Shown here piece after piece: positions 48,559 through 57,973 of a DNA stretch of 64,000 bases (its first letter is position 1; each line of letters starts with the position of its first letter). The translations under genes were made by a program, and so were the position numbers. The DNA is taken from the IMG/VR virus record IMGVR_UViG_3300042934_000547, positions 62,001 through 126,000 of that record. One strand, written 5' to 3'. Under the pieces are notes generated by a model, which searched no databases, had not been told where the DNA came from, and saw only the letters and a list, made by a program, of their open reading frames with translations.

Positions 48559-51039
48559 TTACAGTATCTCAAATAACCTCTTTGTTTTGATGCCATACTT
48601 CTTGGCATCCTGTTCCTTACTGGATGGCTTACCATCGTTAGTACCAACAACTAACAAACTAGTTGATTTAGTTACATTGCTGTCTTCTTCATATGTATCG
48701 CCAAGTTTGTTCATAACAATTTTCTTCATACTTGATGATACGTTTGTGAATACAACTTTCTTCTTACTACTATCTGCTGCACCTTTAGTGAATACTACTT
48801 TTAATATCATTAAAGTATCTCTTATCATTTCGGAGTTCTCTTTAAAGAAATTAATAATATTCATTGCGGTTTTAGGACCTATACCTGATATGCTATTCAT
48901 TTCCTCAAGTAATTCAGCAACAGGTCTATCTAATATTTCCCTAGGTGTAAGTTTCATGAATACTGGTCTCAAAGTCTTATTACTAGCTCCATCAATTCCT
49001 AGACTTCCGAACAACATGTAATCGTTATGAGTTTCATTTTTGAATATTTTGATTTGTTCAAGAATCATGTTAGATGTCTTCTCTTGATATCCGGCATCTA
49101 TCAGTTTCTGTTTAGTTAACAATATTAATTCTTTTATTGATTTAATCTTTAATTTTTCTGCTGTAGCATCTGCCATATTCTCAAATCCCAATTTTGCCAT
49201 CATATTAGAGATTCGTTTTACTATACGTCCTTCGCAAGCTACGTTAGTGCAATATAACATCTTACCACTATCACCAATTACTAACGGTAAATGGCAGGAT
49301 GGGCATTCTATAGGTAAACTCATTACCGGTGTTTCATTATTGAATGCTGATAGTTGCTCATTGCGTCCTAGTACTGCTGGCATAACATAGTTTGTGTATT
49401 CTATGTCAATAATGTCTCCTTCTCGTAATCCTAATTCTTGTATCTTAGCTAAACTGGCACCACTTGCTTGGTCATATTTATGACCATAGAAGTATGTTTC
49501 ACTAAATTTAATCATAGGAGTAATTTGACCGTTTTTACCAACTGTCAAGTCATACCCTAAGAATTTAGCTTGTTTAACTATATTAGGAAATTTTAATGCT
49601 ACTGAAAACTCATTGGTATTATTTATTCTACCAAGTTGAGCTTCAAGTTTTTTATCATTAAATGAGATAACTAGACCATCATATAAAAATTCTGTTTGAT
49701 CCATTCCATCGAATGTTTCTTGATATATGATTTCTAGTTTCTGGAGTACATCTTCTAAATTACCTCTTAAAGATACTGGTAACTTAGAGCCAATAACACC
49801 AAAGTTTTCATCAATCCATTCAATTTCTTTAAGTCTTGTCTCAAAGATGTCTAGGTCAGTACGAATTGGTGCTAGAGTTATAAATTCTCTTAATTGAGGT
49901 CCAGTGATACTAGTCACTATAGAAGTAATCGCTGTCCTACAATTTGCATACTCTTTACCAGTTCTAATTCTATACCTTAATAAATTTTCTCTATTCATTA
50001 AGATTTCGAATTGCATTCCATATTTCATGGTATCCGGTAATAGTGATGTTCCAGTTTTTCTAAATGGTAAGAACTTGATTAGATTTGATATATCATTAGT
50101 TACCCCTAACTCTTTATCTCCTCTAGTACGTGCCTCAATTGGTGATGTGCCAACCATTCTAGCTTCTGTAGCTACACCATCATATTTGTATTCAACAATC
50201 AAATCTATATCATCTGGATTGACTAGTCCGGTTGATATATGTTTTCTTAACCATGTATCAACTCCTTGTTCATCGCCAACTCCTCTGATAACCTTAACCT
50301 TTGTTAAAGTTCCACTCAAATCATCATTAAGTGCTGTAGCTTTTTCTAATGAATTTACTGGAAGAAATTCATCTTTTCTAGATGCTAGATTCTGTTGTTT
50401 AGAACGACTTATAGGTTCTGGCATCTCTTTTCTGAATACCGGACCATAATTCTTTGGTAATTTTGGTATATCCATTTGTTGAGGTATAAACAAATCATTT
50501 ATATTTGCTTTATTTGTTATCTGATTATATTTATCTCTCAGTGTTTGATATGTCCAATCGTCTATCAAACTACCAGCAGCATCATAGGTAAATGCATCAT
50601 TTAATACCTTAATTGTATCACCTAACAATGTTACAATTTCATCTGGCACTTTCATAATAGATGTGAATTTAGCTAATATTTCAATGCCTAGTTTTTTCAT
50701 AAATTGATGCTTATATACATCGATACGTTCTCTTTGATTTTTAATACCTGATTTAACTTCCAATAACAGACTGTAGATATGGTATAAGTCATCTAAGTCT
50801 TGCGGAACCTTAACTGGTGGTGAATTAAAATATTCGTTAGTGAAATTATTATCAATAAGGAAATCACTCACTAACACAAATGCACTGTATGCATCTCTAT
50901 AAAAATCTTCAACCAAAATATTTCCAGCTAATCTTGGATTTAAAAATGTTTCTCTATCTTGTGGCATTAATGGCTGATCGTTAATCAGTTTTCGTATAAT
51001 AACAATACGTTCAAAATTCATAATATATTCTCCTTTCAT
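48559..51039 (-). CDS. ligA: NAD-dependent DNA ligase with a long N-terminal extension, ~820 aa
   Basis: EYKYDG adenylation motif, DGLVI, VALKFP, TVGKNGQITP, Zn finger CPSC...YCTNVAC, HhH GIGPKTA, C-terminal BRCT (VVFT...VTKSTSLLVVG...SSK...AKKYGI). Confidence 0.9.
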   Translation of the reverse strand: MKGEYIMNFERIVIIRKLINDQPLMPQDRETFLNPRLAGNILVEDFYRDAYSAFVLVSDFLIDNNFTNEYFNSPPVKVPQDLDDLYHIYSLLLEVKSGIKNQRERIDVYKHQFMKKLGIEILAKFTSIMKVPDEIVTLLGDTIKVLNDAFTYDAAGSLIDDWTYQTLRDKYNQITNKANINDLFIPQQMDIPKLPKNYGPVFRKEMPEPISRSKQQNLASRKDEFLPVNSLEKATALNDDLSGTLTKVKVIRGVGDEQGVDTWLRKHISTGLVNPDDIDLIVEYKYDGVATEARMVGTSPIEARTRGDKELGVTNDISNLIKFLPFRKTGTSLLPDTMKYGMQFEILMNRENLLRYRIRTGKEYANCRTAITSIVTSITGPQLREFITLAPIRTDLDIFETRLKEIEWIDENFGVIGSKLPVSLRGNLEDVLQKLEIIYQETFDGMDQTEFLYDGLVISFNDKKLEAQLGRINNTNEFSVALKFPNIVKQAKFLGYDLTVGKNGQITPMIKFSETYFYGHKYDQASGASLAKIQELGLREGDIIDIEYTNYVMPAVLGRNEQLSAFNNETPVMSLPIECPSCHLPLVIGDSGKMLYCTNVACEGRIVKRISNMMAKLGFENMADATAEKLKIKSIKELILLTKQKLIDAGYQEKTSNMILEQIKIFKNETHNDYMLFGSLGIDGASNKTLRPVFMKLTPREILDRPVAELLEEMNSISGIGPKTAMNIINFFKENSEMIRDTLMILKVVFTKGAADSSKKKVVFTNVSSSMKKIVMNKLGDTYEEDSNVTKSTSLLVVGTNDGKPSSKEQDAKKYGIKTKRLFEIL

Positions 51040-51118
51040 GTCATAGTATTATAAAACTATTATGAATTCTATAATACAAATAGAATTGTATATGACTTTT
51101 TAAATTATTTTTATTCTA

Positions 51119-51144
51119 TTCAAATCTATAATATATACTTATAA
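51119..51144 (-). promoter_or_regulatory. Early-type phage promoter
   Basis: TTATAAGTATATATTATA-GATT-TGAA. Confidence 0.7.
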
Positions 51145-51182
51145 TTTCTTATTATTACAAAAAAAAGAAAGTTAGATTTACT

Positions 51183-51572
51183 CTAACTTACTTTGAATAT
51201 TCTGTTGAATTTTAACCCCATAGCAGGCACAGAATAGACTATGCAGGCATTTTCATTATTACTGCACATATTAATTATAGTATCGATGGATTTGCGACGG
51301 GCTTCAGTCATATACTGTAATTCGCTCTTATACAGGCATATTACTACCTTTTCACCATTATCAATATCTTTAATGATATTTTCTACATCTTCTTTAAGAT
51401 TTTTACTTTGATATGATATAATATGAGCAATTGCGTAATATTTGTTTCTGTTGATATTTTCTTCTTCACCATTCTTTTCGCTAAACACTTGTATTTGGTC
51501 ATGTAATGATTTATGTATATTTACACCCCAGTACATAAATTGTGTATTCTTATCTCTTAATAATAATTGCAT
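51183..51572 (-). CDS. Hypothetical protein, 129 aa
   Basis: RBS GGAGGGG. Confidence 0.65.
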   Translation of the reverse strand: MQLLLRDKNTQFMYWGVNIHKSLHDQIQVFSEKNGEEENINRNKYYAIAHIISYQSKNLKEDVENIIKDIDNGEKVVICLYKSELQYMTEARRKSIDTIINMCSNNENACIVYSVPAMGLKFNRIFKVS

Positions 51573-51600
51573 GATTTGTCCCCTCCAAAATAAAATGATG

Positions 51601-51622
51601 GGGTATGAAATTATTCATACCC
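51601..51622 (-). terminator. Intrinsic terminator
   Basis: GGGTATGAA-TAAT-TTCATACCC then CATCATTTTATTTT. Confidence 0.6.
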
Positions 51623-51633
51623 CGAATAAATAG

Positions 51634-53829
51634 TTATTTGTCTTTTACTAATCTAATTTCATAATTATTATGTCTAGCAATTGGGTTTTGTGGTGTCCTA
51701 TTTATAGGAGAAAAATTGAATTCTCTATAAACAGGTGTTCCTATTCCATAATATCCATTAGGTCGAGTTATACTTCGTCTATGTATCGGACAAGGTAATG
51801 TACGTTTTAGTTTCTTTTCAAATATTAGTTTTAATCCCATACTCTTAAAGAATACATTAAGAATTTCAATAACACGACTTCTAGCATCATCTGGAACATC
51901 AATGGATATATTATATGGGTCACCATTTAATAATGCCGAACATGCTCGTCTTGCTATTGGAGCTGTAGAATACGTCATCAAATTCAGAGCTGTTAATACT
52001 GAACCTAGGTGTTCGTATTCAGCACTCTCCATCTCACCGAATTGTATTGGTGTGCTGGCATATGGTAGTTTGTGACCTTTCTTATTAATTTTAGCGGCAG
52101 CTGGTAATCCTTTAATGTTGGTTGTGGATAATGTTGTAGAACTAAATTTATGCTCAGCGATTTGCTTTAACCTGTATATATACATATATCCCGGATAAAA
52201 CTTTCTCAATGATTGCACATATCTAATTTTCCCATCTGAACCCTCAATAGGCACCATTAAATAATCACCCAAATCTCTCGGACTCATCCCAAGTTCTCTA
52301 ATAAGAGCCGCAAAAAGATCTAATGTCATAATATTTGTTGGATTAGATACTTTATATAAGCCAACATCGATAAGTGAATCTAAGAATGATTTCTTAATTT
52401 GATTCGATGATTTATACAATTTCTTCTTAATAAACATCGCATAATCTTCATCCACATATCTCATATAAATATAAATCTTTTTCAATGTTTCCTCAATATT
52501 ACCATTAATCTTGTAATCTTTGATAATTATATCAGATACATTATTAAGTTCGGTTTCAAATAATTGACCCGGATTCTTTCTACCAACAACGCCGCCTAGG
52601 TCTAATACCATATCAACTGGGCGTCCTTTATACATTGGCATCTTTTCTTTTGGATATATCTCAGATACAATTCCTTTACCACCGAATCTATTGGTTAGCT
52701 TATCTCCAACGCTTAATATAGATTTATCTATTACAGTAAATTTAAGAACAGTATTAGAAAATGGTTTTCCATTGTTTAGCCATTCTTTTCCATCCATAAC
52801 GTCCTTATGAATCTTATAAAACCTCTTTAAATCTGTACTACAATCATTATGTGGATCTTCAATAAGGGGTTTTAAATAACCAACAACCTTTCTTGAATAT
52901 TCCATACTATCTAGATAGTACTGATATAATTGAGAATAATATTGATTCTCAGCAAGTAATGTTGGGTTATTACAGTATATAGATACATCTATAACTATAC
53001 CTTTGGTATAATAAGTTGTATCCGATGGCAGCATTTGTGATAATCTGGAATAAGCATGAGTATATAAAATCTCATCCTTGTTTTCTCTTCTAGTTACCAT
53101 AATAATGCCTTCTACTTCCTCACCAATATTCGGGAATGCTTTATACTCAGTATCATTTCCAAATAAATTAAGTGGAATGTCATTATCGTTAAGGGTAACA
53201 TCGAACATATCAAACACTGGTGAAGCTAATTTAGTTTCAGCTATATCTTGATTTATAAGTATAGCATCTTCTGATGTTTCTAATGGTGACATAAATGCAA
53301 CCAATAAGTTAGTTCCATCTAGTCTGTTATTGAAGTTATCGTAATTTGTGCTTTTCTTGATTACGGTTTCTTTTGGAATAGTTTGACCTATCTTTAATGA
53401 ATCGAGATAGTCATTATTCCATAAAAATCCATACGTCTCAGTATTATATTGACAACTATCTCTAGTTATAATATCATACATTTTATTTTCTTCATTATAT
53501 ACAACGAGTACATAATCAACATACTTACTCGCTGAAACATGATCATATTTCATGATTTTATGAAGAATTCTGAGACTGGTCGGAGTCTTTATAAATGAGG
53601 ATGTATATTCACCTCCCATAATATCAAACCCCGTAGATAACATTGCTATTTCAGGTTCCATTAGACTGATTTTTTGATCAAATTGTGCATCAAACATCAT
53701 CTTTCTATTAGCTGAATTAACAAAGGTAAATGGCTGATTTAACTCACTTGAGAGTATCTCAGCCATATTTTTTATTGATTTCGAAGTCTGGTTAATTTCG
53801 TTAATAATCCCTAAATTGTCTGTTGACAT
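51634..53829 (-). CDS. rpoB: Phage RNA polymerase beta C-terminal subunit (non-virion RNAP), 731 aa
   Basis: NSANRKMM, GTNLLVAFM...SEDAILI, VGDKLTNRFGGKGIVS, PVDMVLD.GGVVGRKNPGQLFE, GYMYIYRLKQ, IQFGEME. Confidence 0.92.
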   Translation of the reverse strand: MSTDNLGIINEINQTSKSIKNMAEILSSELNQPFTFVNSANRKMMFDAQFDQKISLMEPEIAMLSTGFDIMGGEYTSSFIKTPTSLRILHKIMKYDHVSASKYVDYVLVVYNEENKMYDIITRDSCQYNTETYGFLWNNDYLDSLKIGQTIPKETVIKKSTNYDNFNNRLDGTNLLVAFMSPLETSEDAILINQDIAETKLASPVFDMFDVTLNDNDIPLNLFGNDTEYKAFPNIGEEVEGIIMVTRRENKDEILYTHAYSRLSQMLPSDTTYYTKGIVIDVSIYCNNPTLLAENQYYSQLYQYYLDSMEYSRKVVGYLKPLIEDPHNDCSTDLKRFYKIHKDVMDGKEWLNNGKPFSNTVLKFTVIDKSILSVGDKLTNRFGGKGIVSEIYPKEKMPMYKGRPVDMVLDLGGVVGRKNPGQLFETELNNVSDIIIKDYKINGNIEETLKKIYIYMRYVDEDYAMFIKKKLYKSSNQIKKSFLDSLIDVGLYKVSNPTNIMTLDLFAALIRELGMSPRDLGDYLMVPIEGSDGKIRYVQSLRKFYPGYMYIYRLKQIAEHKFSSTTLSTTNIKGLPAAAKINKKGHKLPYASTPIQFGEMESAEYEHLGSVLTALNLMTYSTAPIARRACSALLNGDPYNISIDVPDDARSRVIEILNVFFKSMGLKLIFEKKLKRTLPCPIHRRSITRPNGYYGIGTPVYREFNFSPINRTPQNPIARHNNYEIRLVKDK

Positions 53830-53853
53830 CTTGTTATCTCCTTTGTTTTATCT

Positions 53854-53879
53854 TTCACTAATATAATATATATTTATTT
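53854..53879 (-). promoter_or_regulatory. Early-type phage promoter (overlaps the recA stop)
   Basis: AAATAAATATATATTATA-TTAG-TGAA. Confidence 0.6.
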
Positions 53880-55110
53880 ATCCTATTAAGCTTAGTAAAG
53901 ACATTGTGTCGCTAACTGGTGGTGAAGCTATTTCTAAACTTTCATTCTCTTTTATGTATGGTCTCAATATAGTTAAAGCTTCCTCAATAGCAATCCTTTG
54001 TAATACAGGATCAGTTCGGAATTTATTCTTAAAGTCTTTTTGGGAAAATGTGACTTCTTTACGGTCTCCTATATAGAAACTCCTACCACCACCATTAAGA
54101 ACCTTATTCTTTTTAAATAAGGTAAGTAATGACATCTCATAATCAAATCCAATTTCTTGATTAAATAGCAATGGAACCGATTTACCTGATTTATTAGTCC
54201 TCGTTTTGACAATCTCAAAGTCGGCTACGTTACCATCTATATCATAGTTGCCTTCACCTTTCGATTCTCCTTCAACCAATTTACCACCGTCATTAATCCT
54301 GAACATATTTGATGCTGAATAATTAGCAGTTCTACCACCCGGTAATGTCTCACCCGGTTTTAAATAAGGTAATGAGGCTTTTTTAGGAGTTGCTGATATA
54401 TCCTCAAGTATATGATTAATTAGTATTAGTATTATATTAGCTTTCTTACATACCGGAATCACTCTCTTAAATATACCTGTATTAGTTTTAGCCGCTGATG
54501 TAGCTGCATAACCACCTGTTAAATCATCTTCGCTTGCGAAATTCTCAGGTAACAAATAGGCTAGACTATCAAGTATATAAACTGTAGGTACATACTTAAT
54601 TATAGGATTACCCATTCTATCAAAATGACCAGTATCATATTGAAATTTATCTGGATTGGATATTTTTAAATTTGCTATAGTTTTTAAACGAGTAAAAAAG
54701 TTTTCTGCTGTTATACCTTCATTTCGTCCTCGATAACAACTGTCAAATGTATCCATATCAAATTTAAGTAATTCAATCTTTCTCTCAGTAAGCATACCGA
54801 CTTCAACTAAATCCTCTAATATTAATCCACCTTTATCTATAAATGGTCTAATAATATTGCCAGCAATCTGTGTTGCTAGAGTTGATTTACCGCATCCACT
54901 TCGACCTATAATAATATTAGTAGAGCCATCTGCTATACCTAAAATATTATAATTGTACAATTCTCCATTTGGTTTAAGACCAGTAGCTTGTCTTCCATTT
55001 CTGAAGTCAATTGCTAAAAATCCTGTGGGATATCCAATATCACTACTAAGATATAATGGATCTCCTATCTTCTTCAATTCCTTCTTATATGATTCACTTA
55101 AATCATGCAT
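53878..55110 (-). CDS. recA: RecA/UvsX-like recombinase, 410 aa
   Basis: PTGFLAIDF, Walker A GRSGCGKST, Walker B YILDSLA, ILINHI, PGGRTANYSAS, IVKTR. Confidence 0.85.
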   Translation of the reverse strand: MHDLSESYKKELKKIGDPLYLSSDIGYPTGFLAIDFRNGRQATGLKPNGELYNYNILGIADGSTNIIIGRSGCGKSTLATQIAGNIIRPFIDKGGLILEDLVEVGMLTERKIELLKFDMDTFDSCYRGRNEGITAENFFTRLKTIANLKISNPDKFQYDTGHFDRMGNPIIKYVPTVYILDSLAYLLPENFASEDDLTGGYAATSAAKTNTGIFKRVIPVCKKANIILILINHILEDISATPKKASLPYLKPGETLPGGRTANYSASNMFRINDGGKLVEGESKGEGNYDIDGNVADFEIVKTRTNKSGKSVPLLFNQEIGFDYEMSLLTLFKKNKVLNGGGRSFYIGDRKEVTFSQKDFKNKFRTDPVLQRIAIEEALTILRPYIKENESLEIASPPVSDTMSLLSLIG

Positions 55111-55137
55111 AATAACACCCTCCTGATAATCTTATCT

Positions 55138-55149
55138 CACTATAATGTT
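55138..55149 (-). promoter_or_regulatory. Late-type promoter for recA
   Basis: Minus strand AACATTATAGTG (AACA-N6-TG). Confidence 0.55.
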
Positions 55150-55164
55150 CCGCTATACATAAAA

Positions 55165-55300
55165 AAGAAAAAAAAAGAAGTCGAAGGGGGACTTACGGCT
55201 TCTTTTTTATAAATATAATTTATGGGGTAAATTAGAAGTAAGGGGTGGAATTAGTCAATCATCCTGTATGATGATTGATTTATATTACCACTTCTAATTC
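55165..55300 (-). ncRNA. Putative ~135-nt small RNA with a CAGGAUG apical hairpin and C-rich segments
   Basis: Early promoter at 55298-55323; 5' end pairs as AATTAGAAGT/ACTTCTAATT; inner stem TCAATCATC/GATGATTGA; terminator hairpin with a UCCCC loop and long U tract; no ORF. Confidence 0.7.
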
Positions 55301-55323
55301 ATATTTATAATATATATTTGAAA
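55298..55323 (-). promoter_or_regulatory. Early-type phage promoter
   Basis: TTTCAAATATATATTATA-AATA-TGAA. Confidence 0.75.
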
Positions 55324-55344
55324 ATCTTTTTAAAGGGACAAAAA

Positions 55345-55368
55345 AGAAAGAGAAATTAATCTCTTTCT
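55345..55368 (-). terminator. Intrinsic terminator after the tubulin operon
   Basis: AGAAAGAGA-TTAATT-TCTCTTTCT followed by TTTT. Confidence 0.8.
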
Positions 55369-55369
55369 A

Positions 55370-56308
55370 TTAAAATAACTGTACTCCATAGTCATAAAAT
55401 ACTTTCACCTTTATATTTATAAGTCTATCGAATCCACTTGGTGCAACTGACAGTGTTTGTTGCATTCTATTATCAATTAGATACTTATAATAACTCACAA
55501 AGATTTTTTCAATTTGCTGTGTGGTTAAATTAAATGTCATCATCTCAAGTATCATCATATAAATCTCTTTATCTAAAACAGCACCCATAGTCATCATACC
55601 AATAAATACTGGTTTAAAGGTATTGAATATAATTGATACTATATCTTTGCAATACTGTTTGAGATTATTGACTTTTATATAATTTAATATAGCTTGTGCT
55701 AAAGCAATGTCAGAATAGCTCCTTTGTAATTTTATCAGTCCTATAGCATCATCTTCTGATATCCCTAGCCAAGTGAAATTAGCTATATCCGATTTAGTGA
55801 TAGTTTCTGACATAATATCCGAAGCTATGTTATTGAACTTGAATTGAGCCGAATTGATTAATTCACTTATCTTTGTCTGGATGCTAAATTCGAAGTTAGG
55901 AAAGTTAAATCTGATATATTCAGCGATATCTTTATCATTGATGATATTATAAGCCATATCAGAATTCAATGCTTTCTCATAACAGTTATTGAACATTTGA
56001 ATCTTTTCATCTCCTGTCATTACATCCATATTATTGATTAAATAATTTAACGCTTCATTCGGTCTCAATGCATATGATAAATCTAAATTATTAATAGGCT
56101 GAGGTATAATTTTATTACATACCTCAGATATATATGCTTCGCTTTTATCATCCAACATCTTAAACTTTGAATATTGATGTGGAGTTTGTCCATTTCCATA
56201 TCTTTTTACTTTTGGTGAAAAAGCTCCATGTGGATCGAATGGAGCTAAAATCTTTCTTACTTGGTCTTTTGATGCTCTTCTTGGTTTTGTCCCTTTTTGT
56301 TGTCCCAT
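55370..56308 (-). CDS. Hypothetical protein co-transcribed with the tubulin, 312 aa
   Basis: RBS AAGGAG 12 nt after the tubulin stop; basic N-terminus, helical C-terminal region. Confidence 0.7.
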   Translation of the reverse strand: MGQQKGTKPRRASKDQVRKILAPFDPHGAFSPKVKRYGNGQTPHQYSKFKMLDDKSEAYISEVCNKIIPQPINNLDLSYALRPNEALNYLINNMDVMTGDEKIQMFNNCYEKALNSDMAYNIINDKDIAEYIRFNFPNFEFSIQTKISELINSAQFKFNNIASDIMSETITKSDIANFTWLGISEDDAIGLIKLQRSYSDIALAQAILNYIKVNNLKQYCKDIVSIIFNTFKPVFIGMMTMGAVLDKEIYMMILEMMTFNLTTQQIEKIFVSYYKYLIDNRMQQTLSVAPSGFDRLINIKVKVFYDYGVQLF

Positions 56309-56320
56309 TGGTACTTCTCC

Positions 56321-57430
56321 TTATTTTAAATTAGCGAAAAAGTCACCGTCTGTGTCTTTGCCTTTCTCACTATTGTGCATACCTCCCATATCAAATGAAT
56401 CATCATCTGTTTCAAGCATATTTATTTCGCTAAAGAATGTATCCTTTGCTTTATTTATTTTTTCCATCTTGGCAAGATACTCTTCATGGGTATCCTTAAT
56501 ACTCTTAAATGGTAACTTCATTCCGGAAAACATCATACAAACATAGTCGCAGTCTCCAACATTCTGAACATGACTAAATACTTCATATGGTTCTCCTATT
56601 TTTTGTCTAACAACGGTATTCTTGTAGTCTATACAATCTTTAATCTTTTCAGATGTAAGATTATATATGATACTTAATCTTGGTATATCAAAGTTGTCAG
56701 ACGGTATTGATTTGCTGCTGTCAATCATATCAGCAATAGCATCGTCAAAATCATTTCTATTGTTGATACTTTTTAATATCTTCTTTTCTATATTTTGATA
56801 GCCCGGTGTATTAACTGATTTATACAAGTCAAATTCATCAATATTTGTATCACCGCTGATGATACCAATACCTAAAATGATTGCAACTCTATTCACAATA
56901 TTTAAGTTACAGTCTTCCTCGGCTTTAAGTATATTATTACTTCTATCCAAGAATTTCTCGTTACATATTATCTGAATAGTATAGTTATCCTGCAAATGTT
57001 TGAAGAATTCTACATAGTTCTTTTGACCTCTTGGATCTAATCCAAATCCTTTAACAGCAATGATTGTTACATTAACATTCATCTGGTCTCTAAAGAATTT
57101 AGCTATTACCGGTGTTGCTCCTGAACCTGTACCACCTTCAGTTGATGTCAATAAAATGACTCCATCATACGTACCTGTGTTGTATACCTCACGTAAATCT
57201 AATGTTTTTTGTTTCATTGCATCTATAACTATATTTCTTGCTCTCGATGGTTCTTTACCTGCACCACCTATACCTGAACCTATTTTGATAGATAAATCTT
57301 CAAATCCAGCCGGAATATCTTCCATAGTTGTATTAATTAACGCAAAATCAGTTCTATCTAAATCCAAATCATTTAGAACCCTTATTGCCATTTTGTTTCC
57401 TGCTGCACCTATCCCAATTATTTTCTTCAT
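56321..57430 (-). CDS. phuZ: Tubulin/FtsZ-family GTPase (PhuZ/TubZ-like), 369 aa
   Basis: IIGIGAAGNK, LINTT, GGAGKEP, signature STEGGTGSG, T7-like loop NIDEFD, acidic C-terminal tail. Confidence 0.85.
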   Translation of the reverse strand: MKKIIGIGAAGNKMAIRVLNDLDLDRTDFALINTTMEDIPAGFEDLSIKIGSGIGGAGKEPSRARNIVIDAMKQKTLDLREVYNTGTYDGVILLTSTEGGTGSGATPVIAKFFRDQMNVNVTIIAVKGFGLDPRGQKNYVEFFKHLQDNYTIQIICNEKFLDRSNNILKAEEDCNLNIVNRVAIILGIGIISGDTNIDEFDLYKSVNTPGYQNIEKKILKSINNRNDFDDAIADMIDSSKSIPSDNFDIPRLSIIYNLTSEKIKDCIDYKNTVVRQKIGEPYEVFSHVQNVGDCDYVCMMFSGMKLPFKSIKDTHEEYLAKMEKINKAKDTFFSEINMLETDDDSFDMGGMHNSEKGKDTDGDFFANLK

Positions 57431-57456
57431 CTTGTTTATCTCCTTTATTTTATTAT

Positions 57457-57482
57457 TTCATATCTATAATATATATTTATAT
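57457..57482 (-). promoter_or_regulatory. Early-type phage promoter for the tubulin operon
   Basis: ATATAAATATATATTATA-GATA-TGAA. Confidence 0.65.
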
Positions 57483-57973
57483 TATTTTATGTTTCGCAAA
57501 AATACCTTTCTAAAGAATCTTTTTATACTATAACCAATACTATCTCTGGTCAATCTATATTGTTTTGATTCAATAGATTTTATTAGTTTTTCAGGGTATT
57601 TATTACCATTTTTAAATGCATGAGCAAACAATTCCATTTGTTCTTGCCTACTTAAAAACGCCCAACCTCCATTCTCATTAACGGTTGTTACTACAAGATT
57701 ATAAATCCCATGATCATGTAATGCCTCTTTATTTGTAAAGATTTTTTCAAAAAATTCATTTATCTTATTTATAAACTTATTTTTGGTTAATGTATGTAAT
57801 TTCAATTCAACCAATTCTATTAACTCTAAGCGGGATTTATTTCCATTCTTAAATGCATATGCAAATAAAATTAATTCTCCTTTACAACTTAAATCCATCC
57901 AACCATTATGGCTGTTAACGGTTTTTACCACAAGATTATAAACGTCATTTGGATTTAACCTTTTAGGACTCAT
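57482..57973 (-). CDS. Protein made of two ~76-aa tandem repeats, 163 aa
   Basis: YNLVV.TVN...GW..LS...LFA.AFKNGNK occurs twice. Confidence 0.7.
   Translation of the reverse strand: MSPKRLNPNDVYNLVVKTVNSHNGWMDLSCKGELILFAYAFKNGNKSRLELIELVELKLHTLTKNKFINKINEFFEKIFTNKEALHDHGIYNLVVTTVNENGGWAFLSRQEQMELFAHAFKNGNKYPEKLIKSIESKQYRLTRDSIGYSIKRFFRKVFLRNIK

Noticed and set aside
18372-53829. Group I introns or inteins in RNAP, polymerase, terminase, helicase or RecA genes
   Set aside because: All conserved motifs lie in single continuous ORFs of plausible size, with no homing-endonuclease motifs or C...HN intein ends recognised.
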